A stretch of DNA of 64,000 bases from Campylobacterota bacterium (GTDB lineage Bacteria > Campylobacterota > Campylobacteria > Campylobacterales > Arcobacteraceae): NCBI GenBank assembly GCA_051746405.1, contig JBNJFB010000001.1, forward strand, positions 32,001 through 96,000, written 5' to 3'. Shown here one piece after another: positions 19,209-30,078 of the stretch. The notes beneath the pieces are model-generated. The model was given only the letters and a program-made list of their open reading frames with translations, made no database searches and was not told where the DNA came from. The first letter of the stretch is position 1; each line of letters opens with the position of its first letter. The position numbers and the translations under genes are program-made.

Positions 19209-21275
19209 ATGCCCTTATCAAATCTAAATGAAGAGCAACTACAAGCCGCCACTTGTCAAAAAGGTTATAATCTTATTATTGCAAGTGCAGGTACTGGAAA
19301 AACCTCTACAATTGTAGGAAGAATTGCAAATTTAATAAATAACGGTGTAAGACCAGAAGAGATACTATTATTAACCTTTACAAATAAAGCAGCAGCTGAG
19401 ATGGTACAAAGAATTGGTAAATATTTTGGTAAAGATACTGCAAAAAATATTATGGCTGGAACTTTTCACTCAGTCTCTTATAAACTTTTAAAACAGTTAG
19501 ATGAAAATATAAAATTAAAGCAACCAAATGAGTTAAAAACACTCTTTAGGTCACTTTATGAAAAAAGAGTTTTTTATGATAGACATGATGATGTAAATCC
19601 CTATGATGGTGGATATCTTTATGATATGTACTCTTTATATTTAAACTCAAATGAGGGTGAAAGTTTTGGAGAGTGGATAAAGAATAAAAATCCAGACCAT
19701 GAGATGTATGTGATGATTTATGAAGATGTTGTTTTAGAGTTTGGGGATTTAAAAAAGAGATATAAGTATGCAAGTTTTGATGATTTGCTAACTCTTATGC
19801 TAGAGACTTTAGAAGATAAAGAGTATGTGTTTAAAGAGATATTAGTAGATGAATACCAAGATACTAATCCGTTACAAGGGCGTTTGCTAGATGGCTTTAA
19901 ACCAAAATCTCTCTTTTGTGTGGGTGATTATGACCAAAGTATATATGCTTTTAATGGCTCTGATATTGGTATCATCTCCACATTTTCTAAAAGGTATCAT
20001 AATGCTAATGTTTTTACTTTGCGAAAAAACTATAGATCTTCAAAGCCTATATTAGATTTAGCTACTAAAGTAATTGAATATAATGAAAGAGTATATGAAA
20101 AGAAGCTTGAAGTAATACGAACAGATATTGATTATAAACCAAGACTATTAGCATTTAATGAGCTATTTTCACAATATCAGTATATATCTGAACTAATATC
20201 ACAAAGTCAGACTCCACATAATGAAATAGCAATAATTTTTAGAAATAACTCAAGTGCAGATGGAATTGAAGCAAACTTAAGGGAGTATAAAATACCTGCT
20301 AAAAGAAAAGGTGGTATGTCTTTTTTTGATTCTGTTGAGATAAAGTTTTTGCTTGATGTGTTAGTTATGCAACTTTCACACAATGATATGATGGCTTTTA
20401 TTCATGTTTTAGAACATGGTAAGGGTATTGGAAAAGCTATTGCAAAAGATATTTTTGATGCATTGATAAAGCTTGGTAGTGGAGATTTATTTAAGGGTCT
20501 ATTCTCACCAAATCCTTCTATAAAAAATCCATATGAATCAAATAAAGTAAAAAATATTCAACTTGGTCTATTTGATGATTTTATTGAATTGGGTTCTATT
20601 TCTAAGTTTAAAGATTGTGGTTTTGATGAAGCTTTTTTAGCAAACCCAATCTTAAAACATCCAAAATTATCCGTTGATGGTGCGAAATATATCTATGACT
20701 TTTATTTACTATTGAAGCTATTAAGACGTACAAAAAATCCAAACTCTTTAGTAACATCAATATCCTCATCTATGATGTACTCTAAAATCAAAGAGATGTT
20801 AGCCATAAAAAGAGCAACTCAAAAAGATGGAACAGTAAATGTGATGCAAAAAACAAAAAGTTTAGCAAAGATAAATAGAAAAGTTATGCTTTTAAAAAAT
20901 CTAACTAGAAACTTTAGTGATTTATCAAAGTTTGTAAACTCAATGATTTTAGGTGGAAGTGAGATGAGTGAAGGAGATGGAGTAAACCTTCTATCTGTTC
21001 ATGCAAGTAAAGGTTTAGAGTTTAAAGAGGTTTATGTAATAGATTTAATGGATGGTAGATTTCCAAATAGAAAGCTTATGAGCAAAGGTGGAAGTATGGA
21101 TGAAGAGAGAAGGCTTTTTTATGTGGCTGTAACTAGAGCTAAAGATATTTTATACCTATCTTTTGCAAAATATGATAAAGTGAAAAAAATATCTTTTGTA
21201 GCAAGTCCATTTTTAAAAGAAGCAGGACTTATAAAAGATAGCATGGATGAGAAAATAGCACCCGATAGTGTATAA
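19209..21275 (+). CDS. UvrD/Rep family ATP-dependent helicase
   Basis: ASAGTGKT, LTFTNKAA, VDEYQD, GDYDQSIY, HASKGLEF, EERRLFYVAVTRA. Confidence 0.92.
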   Translation: MPLSNLNEEQLQAATCQKGYNLIIASAGTGKTSTIVGRIANLINNGVRPEEILLLTFTNKAAAEMVQRIGKYFGKDTAKNIMAGTFHSVSYKLLKQLDENIKLKQPNELKTLFRSLYEKRVFYDRHDDVNPYDGGYLYDMYSLYLNSNEGESFGEWIKNKNPDHEMYVMIYEDVVLEFGDLKKRYKYASFDDLLTLMLETLEDKEYVFKEILVDEYQDTNPLQGRLLDGFKPKSLFCVGDYDQSIYAFNGSDIGIISTFSKRYHNANVFTLRKNYRSSKPILDLATKVIEYNERVYEKKLEVIRTDIDYKPRLLAFNELFSQYQYISELISQSQTPHNEIAIIFRNNSSADGIEANLREYKIPAKRKGGMSFFDSVEIKFLLDVLVMQLSHNDMMAFIHVLEHGKGIGKAIAKDIFDALIKLGSGDLFKGLFSPNPSIKNPYESNKVKNIQLGLFDDFIELGSISKFKDCGFDEAFLANPILKHPKLSVDGAKYIYDFYLLLKLLRRTKNPNSLVTSISSSMMYSKIKEMLAIKRATQKDGTVNVMQKTKSLAKINRKVMLLKNLTRNFSDLSKFVNSMILGGSEMSEGDGVNLLSVHASKGLEFKEVYVIDLMDGRFPNRKLMSKGGSMDEERRLFYVAVTRAKDILYLSFAKYDKVKKISFVASPFLKEAGLIKDSMDEKIAPDSV

Positions 21276-21364
21276 TAGCTAATGTAATATAAGAAAATTT
21301 ATCTAAAGGAAAAATTAGATATAATCAAAATAAATTTTAAATGATTTATGATATAGGAAGTTTT

Positions 21365-23980
21365 ATGAGTGAAAAATATGAACCGTCAAAAGTAGAAGAT
21401 AATTTTTATAAGATTTGGGAAGATAGGGGTTATTTTGAGATTGATGGAAATAAGTCAATTCAAGAAGAAGATAAAAAATTTGCAATTATGATGCCCCCAC
21501 CAAATGTAACAGGAAGTTTACATATAGGTCATGCACTTACATTTACTTTGCAAGATATTATTACTAGATATAAAAGAATGGATGGATATAAAACTCTTTG
21601 GCAGCCAGGAACTGATCATGCAGGTATTGCTACTCAAAATGTTGTTGAAAAACAGCTTTTAGCTAAAGGAACCACAAAAGAAGAGTTAGGTAGGCAAAAG
21701 TTTTTAGAAAAAGTATGGGAGTGGAAAGAGTACAGTGGTGGAACTATTGTACATCAAATGAGAAAGTTAGGAATTACTCCTGCTTGGTCTAGACAAAGAT
21801 TTACTATGGATGAGGGATTAAAGCAAGCTGTTAAAGAGGCTTTTGTTCATCTATACAATGAAGGGATGATTGTACAAAATAACTATATGGTTAATTGGTG
21901 TACACATGATGGAGCTCTTTCTGATATTGAAGTTGAGTATGATGAAGTAAATGGAAAGTTTTATCATATGAACTATCACTTTGCTAATGAAAGTGGACAT
22001 ATAACAGTTGCAACAACTAGACCTGAAACATATTTTGGCGATACAGCTATTATGGTTCACCCAGATGATGAAAGATATACAGATATTGTAGGAAAAGAAG
22101 TACTGCTACCACTTACAAATAGAAAGATAAAAATTATTACAGATGAGCATGTTGATATGCAGTTTGGAACTGGAATCGTAAAAGTAACTCCGGCCCATGA
22201 CCAAAATGACTACGAAGTTGGTATTAGACATGATTTAGATTTTATTACATGTTTTGATGAAAAAGGTATCTTAAATGACTACTGTGGAGAGTTTGCAGGA
22301 CTTGAGAGACTAAATGCAAGGCAAACAATAGTATCAAAACTTCAAGATGAGGGATATATCACAAAAATTGAAGAGCATAATCATCAAGTAGGGCACTGTT
22401 ATAGATGTAAGAATATTGTTGAGCCTTATATTTCTAAGCAGTGGTTTGTAAGAAATGAGGTTGCAAAAGAGTCAATTAAAAAGACCTATGCAGGTGAAAC
22501 AAAGTTTCATCCAAACCATTGGTTAAACTCATATAGAGCATGGATGGATGAGTTAAGGGATTGGTGTATTTCAAGACAGTTATGGTGGGGACATAGAATT
22601 CCTGTATTTTATTGTGATGATTGTAATCATCAATGGGCTGATAAGAATGAACAACCTAAAGCTTGTCCAAAGTGTGCAAGTAAAAACTATACTCAAGACC
22701 CAGATGTTTTAGATACATGGTTTAGTTCTGCATTGTGGGCATTTTCACCACTTGGTTGGGGAAATAATGGAAAAATGCAAGAGACTTTTAATAAAGATGA
22801 TTTAAGTGATTTTTATCCAAACTCATTGCTTATTACAGGTTTTGATATTATGTTTTTCTGGGTTGCTAGAATGATGATGATGGGAGAGCATTTCCAAAAA
22901 GAGTTGCCATTTAAAGATATCTATATGCATGCTTTAGTTAGGGATGAAAATGGTGCAAAAATGTCAAAATCAAAGGGTAATGTTATTGACCCACTTGATA
23001 TGGTTGAAGAGTTTAGTGCAGATATTGTAAGGTTTTCACTTGCATACTTAGCTGTTCAAGGAAGAGATATCAAGCTTGGTAAAAAACATCTTGAATTGTA
23101 TAGAAACTTCACAAATAAGTTTTATAATGCTGCTAACTTCTTACAGCTAAATGTGAAAATATTCCCTGATTTAAATGAGATAGAAGTTCAAACACCACTT
23201 GGAAAGTATATGCTTTCAAGACTTTCAAATGCAGTTGATGAAGTAAGACAAAATCTTGATACATATAAGTTTAATGAAGCTGCTGCTAGTTTATATAAGT
23301 TTGTTTGGAATGAGTTTTGTGATTGGGGTATTGAGTATTCAAAAGCAAGTAAAGACTCAATTATTGAGCTTGGGAGTATTTTCAAAGAGACACTTAAGCT
23401 AACATCGCCATTTATGCCATTTATCTCAGAGTATTTATATCAAAGATTAAGTGGAAAAGAGCTTGAGAATAATAACTCAATAATGGTAATGAACTATCCA
23501 AAACAGCTACCAAAAGATAAAAATAGTGAATCAATGTTTGCAATAATTGAAGAGGCTATAACAGCAATTAGAAGAGCAAAAGTTGTTATTGATATGGGTA
23601 ATAGTAAAATTACAAAAGCATATATAAAGCTAGATAAGCAGATTGATACAGATTTAGCAAAACCATTTATTGAAAAACTATCAAAAGTTGAAGATGTTGA
23701 GTTTGTAAGTACAAAAGTTGAGAATAGTATAACAGATGTAAGTGATAACTTAGAGGTTTACTTACCAACAGATGAGATTGATATGAGTCCAATTATTAAT
23801 AAACTTACAAAGCAAAAAGAGAAAACTCAAAAAGAGTTTGATAAACTAAATGGTATGTTATCAAATGAAAACTTTGTGGCAAATGCCCCTGCTCATGTGG
23901 TTCAAGACAATAAAACTGCCCTTGAAGATATAAAGATAAAACTTGATAAAATAAATAAAGAATTAGAATCTTTAAACTAA
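21365..23980 (+). CDS. valS: Valine--tRNA ligase
   Basis: PPPNVTGSLHIGH, KMSKS, DWCISRQLWWGH, C-terminal coiled coil. ATG at 21365 follows AGGA. Confidence 0.97.
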   Translation: MSEKYEPSKVEDNFYKIWEDRGYFEIDGNKSIQEEDKKFAIMMPPPNVTGSLHIGHALTFTLQDIITRYKRMDGYKTLWQPGTDHAGIATQNVVEKQLLAKGTTKEELGRQKFLEKVWEWKEYSGGTIVHQMRKLGITPAWSRQRFTMDEGLKQAVKEAFVHLYNEGMIVQNNYMVNWCTHDGALSDIEVEYDEVNGKFYHMNYHFANESGHITVATTRPETYFGDTAIMVHPDDERYTDIVGKEVLLPLTNRKIKIITDEHVDMQFGTGIVKVTPAHDQNDYEVGIRHDLDFITCFDEKGILNDYCGEFAGLERLNARQTIVSKLQDEGYITKIEEHNHQVGHCYRCKNIVEPYISKQWFVRNEVAKESIKKTYAGETKFHPNHWLNSYRAWMDELRDWCISRQLWWGHRIPVFYCDDCNHQWADKNEQPKACPKCASKNYTQDPDVLDTWFSSALWAFSPLGWGNNGKMQETFNKDDLSDFYPNSLLITGFDIMFFWVARMMMMGEHFQKELPFKDIYMHALVRDENGAKMSKSKGNVIDPLDMVEEFSADIVRFSLAYLAVQGRDIKLGKKHLELYRNFTNKFYNAANFLQLNVKIFPDLNEIEVQTPLGKYMLSRLSNAVDEVRQNLDTYKFNEAAASLYKFVWNEFCDWGIEYSKASKDSIIELGSIFKETLKLTSPFMPFISEYLYQRLSGKELENNNSIMVMNYPKQLPKDKNSESMFAIIEEAITAIRRAKVVIDMGNSKITKAYIKLDKQIDTDLAKPFIEKLSKVEDVEFVSTKVENSITDVSDNLEVYLPTDEIDMSPIINKLTKQKEKTQKEFDKLNGMLSNENFVANAPAHVVQDNKTALEDIKIKLDKINKELESLN

Positions 23981-23999
23981 AATAATTAAAAGGCCTATT

Positions 24000-24761
24000 A
24001 TGAAAAAAAGAAATATTATAAATCTACTTCTACTTACTTTTATAATCTCTTTTTTTCAAGGCTGCGTTGTACAAAATAGTATAAAAAGTAGTATGAAAAC
24101 TACATCAGCAGCTCAAGTTGGTATGTATAAGAATCAAATTATTGAAGATTTATTAAAGTATAAAAAGAAACTTGATTTAAGAAATCCATACTCTTATAAT
24201 AAAAATCTAGCAGATGATTTAAATAAACAAATCAAAACAAATAAAGACTATATTAATATTATTCAAGATGAAATAAAATTAAAAACTGCAAATGAGTATT
24301 TGTATTATGCATTTACACAAGCAAATATAGATAATAGAAATGACTTTTTGATTATTGGTTTATATAAACTAATCTATAAAGCTTATAATCTTGAAAAACC
24401 TCACCAATTTGCAGCTGTACAATACAACAAAAAATATATGCAAGAGCTATATACATACTTACAGGTAATTAGATGGAAAGTAAGAACAAAAAAAGATTTT
24501 GATGGAAACTATTTATTTACAACTTGGCAAAATAATTGGCAAATAGAGTTTATGAAAAAAGATACAGATAACTTAAATGAGATTAGAAATCTAGAGTATA
24601 TAAAAACTAATAAAGAGACTATCCTAGATCACTCAAACTTCTCTTTTGAAAATCTCATGTCAAAAATGCTTTTAAATGTTAGATATACTCTTAAAAAAAT
24701 GAATGTTGAACCTTACGATATGAGTCTGAATGCCTTGAAGAGTTTTATATTTATAATATAG
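24000..24761 (+). CDS. Hypothetical lipoprotein
   Basis: Signal peptide with lipobox FQGC. Confidence 0.7.
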   Translation: MKKRNIINLLLLTFIISFFQGCVVQNSIKSSMKTTSAAQVGMYKNQIIEDLLKYKKKLDLRNPYSYNKNLADDLNKQIKTNKDYINIIQDEIKLKTANEYLYYAFTQANIDNRNDFLIIGLYKLIYKAYNLEKPHQFAAVQYNKKYMQELYTYLQVIRWKVRTKKDFDGNYLFTTWQNNWQIEFMKKDTDNLNEIRNLEYIKTNKETILDHSNFSFENLMSKMLLNVRYTLKKMNVEPYDMSLNALKSFIFII

Positions 24762-24808
24762 TATTATAAAATATAATCTTAGATAATATCCTAAAACTAA
24801 GAAATAGA

Positions 24809-26902
24809 ATGAATTTAAAAAAAGACAATAAAAGATTTTTATATATATTTACTACTTTTATATTAGCATTTATATTAATATCATATATCTATATAGAAGA
24901 AAAAGAAAAAAGTTTAATTCATGAAAATTATACAAAATTATCAACTGATATTAAAAGTCATATAGTATCTTTTGTTGATAATAAAAAGAATTCAACAGCT
25001 GCTATTGCATTACCAATAGCAAATAGTGATAAGCTAATAAGTGCTTTTAAAAGTAGAGATTTTAGTGATTTAAGGTATAAAAGTTTAAAGTTTGCATTAA
25101 GAAATAATACAAACTACAAAAATCTTTGGATAGAAGTATTTGATAAAGATTTTATAAGTCTATATAGGTCATGGACTGATAATATGGAGTTTAAGAAGTT
25201 TGATACAAAAAACTTCAAACCTTTTGATGGGGTTAAAAAATCTATTGAGATTACGTGGTATGGACTTACATTTAAAGCAGTTGTTCCTGTATATGAAAAT
25301 AGAAAAAAACTTGGATATATTCAGACAATAACAAAGTTTAACTCCATAGCTAAAAATATCCAAAAGCAAGGTTTTACGCCTATTATATTAGTAGATAAAA
25401 AGTATAAAAAAAGTATAAAAAGACCTTTTACAAATAGTTTTGTAGGTGACTATTATGTGGCAAACTTAGATGCATCAAATGATATATTAGAAAAATTAGA
25501 TGAGGATAAAATCTCTGTTTTAAAAGATTTAGATAGCTATACAATATTTGAAAACTATTTTGTAACAAAGCAGAAAGTAGAAGATGGTATAGGGTATATA
25601 TTTGCATTTAAAAAAATAGATGAGATAGACACAAGCTTAATAACTAATTTTAAAAAGCAAGCTTTTTTACTAGTTTTTATTTTACTATTTTCACTTATAT
25701 TTATTGTATCAATCTACTCATATAATAGTTACACAAGAAATATAAAAAAACTAAATACAAATTTGTTAAGTATAGTAAAAAGATTAAGAAGACAAAGAAA
25801 TAAAACTCAGCTACTTTTAGACTCCCAATCAAGTATAATAATTATCACCGATGGAGAAGAGATAGTAAATGCAAATAAAAGATTACTAGAGTTCTTTACA
25901 GACTGTAGAAGTCTATTAGAGTTTAAAGAAAAATATAGATGTGTATGTACTGCCTTTATTGATATGGATGATGAGAGATATTTAGTTGATATTGATTATA
26001 ACGGAAATAATTGGGCTGAACATGTAATGGCTAACCCTGAAAAATCATTTAAAGCTGCAATATACGATGAGAATAAAAACACAGTACACTTTAAAGTGAG
26101 TGTTTCAATGAAGAGTTTTGATAGTTATATAATAGCAACACTTGTTGATATAACTCACGAAATAAAACTTCAAAATGAAGCAAAACAGAAAGATAAGTTA
26201 ATATTTCAGCAAAGTAAAATGTCATCTATAGCACAAATTTTACATAATATTGCACACCATTGGAGACAACCTTTAAATGTTATAACAACAGCTTCAAGCT
26301 CAATGAAACTCTATAATCAAATGAAAACTCTAGATGATGAAAAACTAAACTCTAATTGTGATTTAATTTTAAATAAAGCAAACTATCTATCAAGTACGAT
26401 AGATGATTTTAAGGATTTCTTTTTAGTAAGGAGCAGTAAGTTAGAGACTAAAAATATAGCTAGTATCATAAAGCAGACAGTAAACTATTTAGATGTGGTT
26501 ATTGAAGATTATAGTATAGATGTAAAGCTTGAACTTGATAAAAATGTAAATAAAGAGATATATGAAAATGAGTTTAAGCAAGCACTTCTTAAGATGTTAG
26601 ATAACTCAATTGAGTTACTTTATCAAAGAAAAAATGAAGATGAAAGAGTAATTATAATAAAACTTACAGATAATACTTTAAGTATTAAAGACTGCGCAAA
26701 TGGTGTAGATAAAAGTAGTCTTGATAAACTGTTTGAACCATATTATACTACAAAACATCAAGCTGTAGGAGTTGGACTTGGACTTTATAATGTACAGCAG
26801 ATACTAACAAATCAAATGAATTTTGAAGTAAGTGCAGCAAACTGCAGTTTTGAATATAATAACAAAAATCAAAAAGGCTTAGAAATAGTAGTTTGGTTTT
26901 AA
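24809..26902 (+). CDS. Sensor histidine kinase (periplasmic sensor, PAS-like region, HisKA/HATPase)
   Basis: IAHHWRQPL, FEPYYTTK, GVGLGL. Confidence 0.88.
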   Translation: MNLKKDNKRFLYIFTTFILAFILISYIYIEEKEKSLIHENYTKLSTDIKSHIVSFVDNKKNSTAAIALPIANSDKLISAFKSRDFSDLRYKSLKFALRNNTNYKNLWIEVFDKDFISLYRSWTDNMEFKKFDTKNFKPFDGVKKSIEITWYGLTFKAVVPVYENRKKLGYIQTITKFNSIAKNIQKQGFTPIILVDKKYKKSIKRPFTNSFVGDYYVANLDASNDILEKLDEDKISVLKDLDSYTIFENYFVTKQKVEDGIGYIFAFKKIDEIDTSLITNFKKQAFLLVFILLFSLIFIVSIYSYNSYTRNIKKLNTNLLSIVKRLRRQRNKTQLLLDSQSSIIIITDGEEIVNANKRLLEFFTDCRSLLEFKEKYRCVCTAFIDMDDERYLVDIDYNGNNWAEHVMANPEKSFKAAIYDENKNTVHFKVSVSMKSFDSYIIATLVDITHEIKLQNEAKQKDKLIFQQSKMSSIAQILHNIAHHWRQPLNVITTASSSMKLYNQMKTLDDEKLNSNCDLILNKANYLSSTIDDFKDFFLVRSSKLETKNIASIIKQTVNYLDVVIEDYSIDVKLELDKNVNKEIYENEFKQALLKMLDNSIELLYQRKNEDERVIIIKLTDNTLSIKDCANGVDKSSLDKLFEPYYTTKHQAVGVGLGLYNVQQILTNQMNFEVSAANCSFEYNNKNQKGLEIVVWF

Positions 26903-26903
26903 C

Positions 26904-29900
26904 CTAACTACTATGTTTTCTTAATTTGTGTGTTAGTGCATAAAATACAGGTAAATAAATAAGATTTAAAATAGTTCCCCATAGTAAACCAAATCCAAGT
27001 GATATACCTATTGGTTGAAATATCACAGCTTGTCCTGTTGGGAAGAAGATAAGTGAACTCATACCAACAATAGTTGTAACAGTAGTAATTATAATAGGTC
27101 TAAATCTTTTCGTAGCTTTTATAAATATCTCATCTACACTTTTTGCTTTTTTTAGATATGTCATCATAATAATACCATCATTAATAACAACCCCTGCAAG
27201 ACCTAAAGCTCCTATCATAGATGGCATTGATAAGTTTATATCCATTATACTATGACCTATTAATATTCCTAAAAGTGAAAATGGGATAATACTCATTACT
27301 ATAAAAGTCTCTTTAAAGGAGTTAAATAAGTACAACATTGATATCATAATTAAAATCAATGCTAAACCTGTAGCTAAAACCATATCACTCATAAGATCTT
27401 TTTTCTTTTGTGCTTCACCTTTTATAATAAGTCTTACACCATCTTTCTCTATTTGCTTTAATGTTGTATCAATTTTATTCATAACTTCATTAGCTGTTAT
27501 AACTTCTGGGTCAACATTTGCAAATACATAGAAGTTTTTTTCACCTTTATCTTTTATTACTTGCTCAAACGCTTTTTGTGTTTTTATTGTAACTACTTCA
27601 CTTAATCTTACATATTTTCCATCTTGTAGTGGAATTTGTGTATCTAAAAAGTTTTCATAATCATCTTGATTTATAGATTTTATTTTTATATCAAGCATTT
27701 TCTCTTTGTCAAATGACACAGCTTTTTTCTTTAGCAAATATAAATTTGAAAGATAAGAGCCTATAAATGATTCGGTTAAGCCTAGTTGTTCCCCGTAATT
27801 ATTAACTTTTAATTTTAGCTCATCAACACCAAATTTTAATGAGTTTGATGTGGATAGTATTCCTTCTAAACTCTCTATTTTATCTTCAAGTAGTGCAACA
27901 TTTTTTATTATTTTTTGATTGTCATTTGATACTAAACCAATTTTAATATCAGATTTTACAGGTCCAACTCTTCTTTGTACTAGCTCAATCTCTTTTAGAT
28001 TGAACTTACTCTTATAATCTTTTTGTTCTAAAAACTTATCTAACTCTTTTGCTATTTGGGTTGATTTTGTAGTTCTTTGTCTACCCTGGTTGTCATAGTA
28101 AAAACTAAGATAAGGGGTAATATATTTATCTAAAAAGTTTTGAGGTTTTAGTTTTTTTAACTCTACTGTCATATACATAGCATAGGGGAAGTTTTCTGTA
28201 TTTCCACCCACATCTCGTCTAAATCCTGCAACTGAATCTATACTTCTTATAAAAAATCTCTCTTCATGTTTCATTAAATCATCTTCAATTGACTGAACTA
28301 TTTTAAATGACTCTTCTAAGGTGGTATTTACATTTGCTTTTAGAGTAACTCTTACACTACTTGCATCAAACTGTGGAAATAGTTGAAATTTTGAACTTTT
28401 AAACTGTGTAAAGATTATAATAGGAACTAAGATAAGAAATATTGTAATAAAACTCTTTTTCCATTTCATACAAAATTGAATAATAGCATTGTAAACTCTA
28501 TTTGCTTTTTCCCATGAAGTAACTTTTGAATTGTTTTTTAATACATGTGCTGCATGAATTGGTAAAAATAGAAAAGACTCAATAAGTGAAGCCACAACAA
28601 GAGCACTAAGTGCAATAGGAATTAGCTTTATAACTTCTCCCATAGTACCACTTATCATTAAAATAGGTAAAAATGAGAATAGAGTTGTTAGTGATGCTAC
28701 TGTTACAGGTTTTACCATCTCTTTAGCACCCATTATTGCAGCTTCTTTGGGAGGATAACCCTCTTCTATATGCTGTTGTATATTTTCACTTACAACAATA
28801 GCATCATCAACTACAATACCAATTGCAATTAAAACTCCCACAAGCGATATTAGGTTTATTGTATAGCCTGTAAAGTACATATAAGCTGCTGCTATCACAA
28901 AAGAAGTTGGGATACCAACTGCAATAATAAAGGACATTCTAAAGTTTATTAGTAGCATTACTAAAATTGTAATTAAAATAATTCCAAGTAAAATATTAGA
29001 GATTACTATATTTAATCTATCTTGTATTTTTTCACTATTATCATCAGATACAGTTATATTAATATTTGGATTTTCTTTCTCTAAGTTGGGTATTAACTCT
29101 CTTATATTTTTTACAAGCTCTATTGCATCAGCTGTATTACTTTGTTCTACGGATAGGGATAAAGCATTTTTACCATTAAATGAAAAAAGAGTAGAGGACT
29201 CTTCGTATGTTTTTTTAATAGTTGCTATATCACTTAGATATATATTTTTACCATCTATTTTCACTAAGGTATTAGCAAACTCTTTAGCTGTCTTAGCTCC
29301 ATTGTAAGTGGATAAAAAATAGTGTTTTTTACTATCTTCAATCTTACCTATAGGAAAAATATAAGACAAAGTTGATATGGTACTAAATATACTATTTTTA
29401 TTTAGATTTAAGGCATCTATCTTATTATCATCAAGTAGTATTTCATAATACTCATCTGAATCACCATATATAGTAATATCATTTACACCACTTATGTTTA
29501 AGATTTTACCTTTTAAATTATCTGCGAAACTTTTTAGTTCATCTGTTGTATATTTGTTTGAAGTTAATGCAATATCTACTACATCACGACTCTTATCAAG
29601 TACATTTACACTTGGTTCATCCATATCTGAGGGCAAATCACCTTTTACAAGTGCAATAGTATCTTTTATCTTATTGGATTCGTTATATTTATTTTTTCCC
29701 TTTTTTAGCTCAACTATAATAGAAAAACTTCCAGGAGAGACTACAGTTGTCATCTCCTTTACACTATCTAGATTTTTTAGATTATCTTCAATCTCTGTTA
29801 CAGCCATCTTATCTAAGATATCAACAGAAGTACCTGGGTATGAACCTTTTACAGATATCATATCAAGTTCAAAACTTGGAAATATCTCTTTTGGTGTATT

Positions 29901-29996
29901 GTTATAAGACCAAACTCCAACTGCAAATACTAAAACAAATAGAGTATAATTAATTCTTGAATTATTTACAAAAAATCTTAAAATTTTATCAAACAT
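26904..29996 (-). CDS. RND efflux transporter permease (AcrB/CzcA superfamily)
   Basis: 1030 aa, GIVVDDAIVVSENI, RFRPIIITT. Confidence 0.92.
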   Translation of the reverse strand: MFDKILRFFVNNSRINYTLFVLVFAVGVWSYNNTPKEIFPSFELDMISVKGSYPGTSVDILDKMAVTEIEDNLKNLDSVKEMTTVVSPGSFSIIVELKKGKNKYNESNKIKDTIALVKGDLPSDMDEPSVNVLDKSRDVVDIALTSNKYTTDELKSFADNLKGKILNISGVNDITIYGDSDEYYEILLDDNKIDALNLNKNSIFSTISTLSYIFPIGKIEDSKKHYFLSTYNGAKTAKEFANTLVKIDGKNIYLSDIATIKKTYEESSTLFSFNGKNALSLSVEQSNTADAIELVKNIRELIPNLEKENPNINITVSDDNSEKIQDRLNIVISNILLGIILITILVMLLINFRMSFIIAVGIPTSFVIAAAYMYFTGYTINLISLVGVLIAIGIVVDDAIVVSENIQQHIEEGYPPKEAAIMGAKEMVKPVTVASLTTLFSFLPILMISGTMGEVIKLIPIALSALVVASLIESFLFLPIHAAHVLKNNSKVTSWEKANRVYNAIIQFCMKWKKSFITIFLILVPIIIFTQFKSSKFQLFPQFDASSVRVTLKANVNTTLEESFKIVQSIEDDLMKHEERFFIRSIDSVAGFRRDVGGNTENFPYAMYMTVELKKLKPQNFLDKYITPYLSFYYDNQGRQRTTKSTQIAKELDKFLEQKDYKSKFNLKEIELVQRRVGPVKSDIKIGLVSNDNQKIIKNVALLEDKIESLEGILSTSNSLKFGVDELKLKVNNYGEQLGLTESFIGSYLSNLYLLKKKAVSFDKEKMLDIKIKSINQDDYENFLDTQIPLQDGKYVRLSEVVTIKTQKAFEQVIKDKGEKNFYVFANVDPEVITANEVMNKIDTTLKQIEKDGVRLIIKGEAQKKKDLMSDMVLATGLALILIMISMLYLFNSFKETFIVMSIIPFSLLGILIGHSIMDINLSMPSMIGALGLAGVVINDGIIMMTYLKKAKSVDEIFIKATKRFRPIIITTVTTIVGMSSLIFFPTGQAVIFQPIGISLGFGLLWGTILNLIYLPVFYALTHKLRKHSS

Positions 29997-30078
29997 TTAT
30001 AACCTTTTAATATTAAAACAGAATTATAATCAACCTTTATTAACCTATGATTAATAATAGTAATATATCTACTATAAA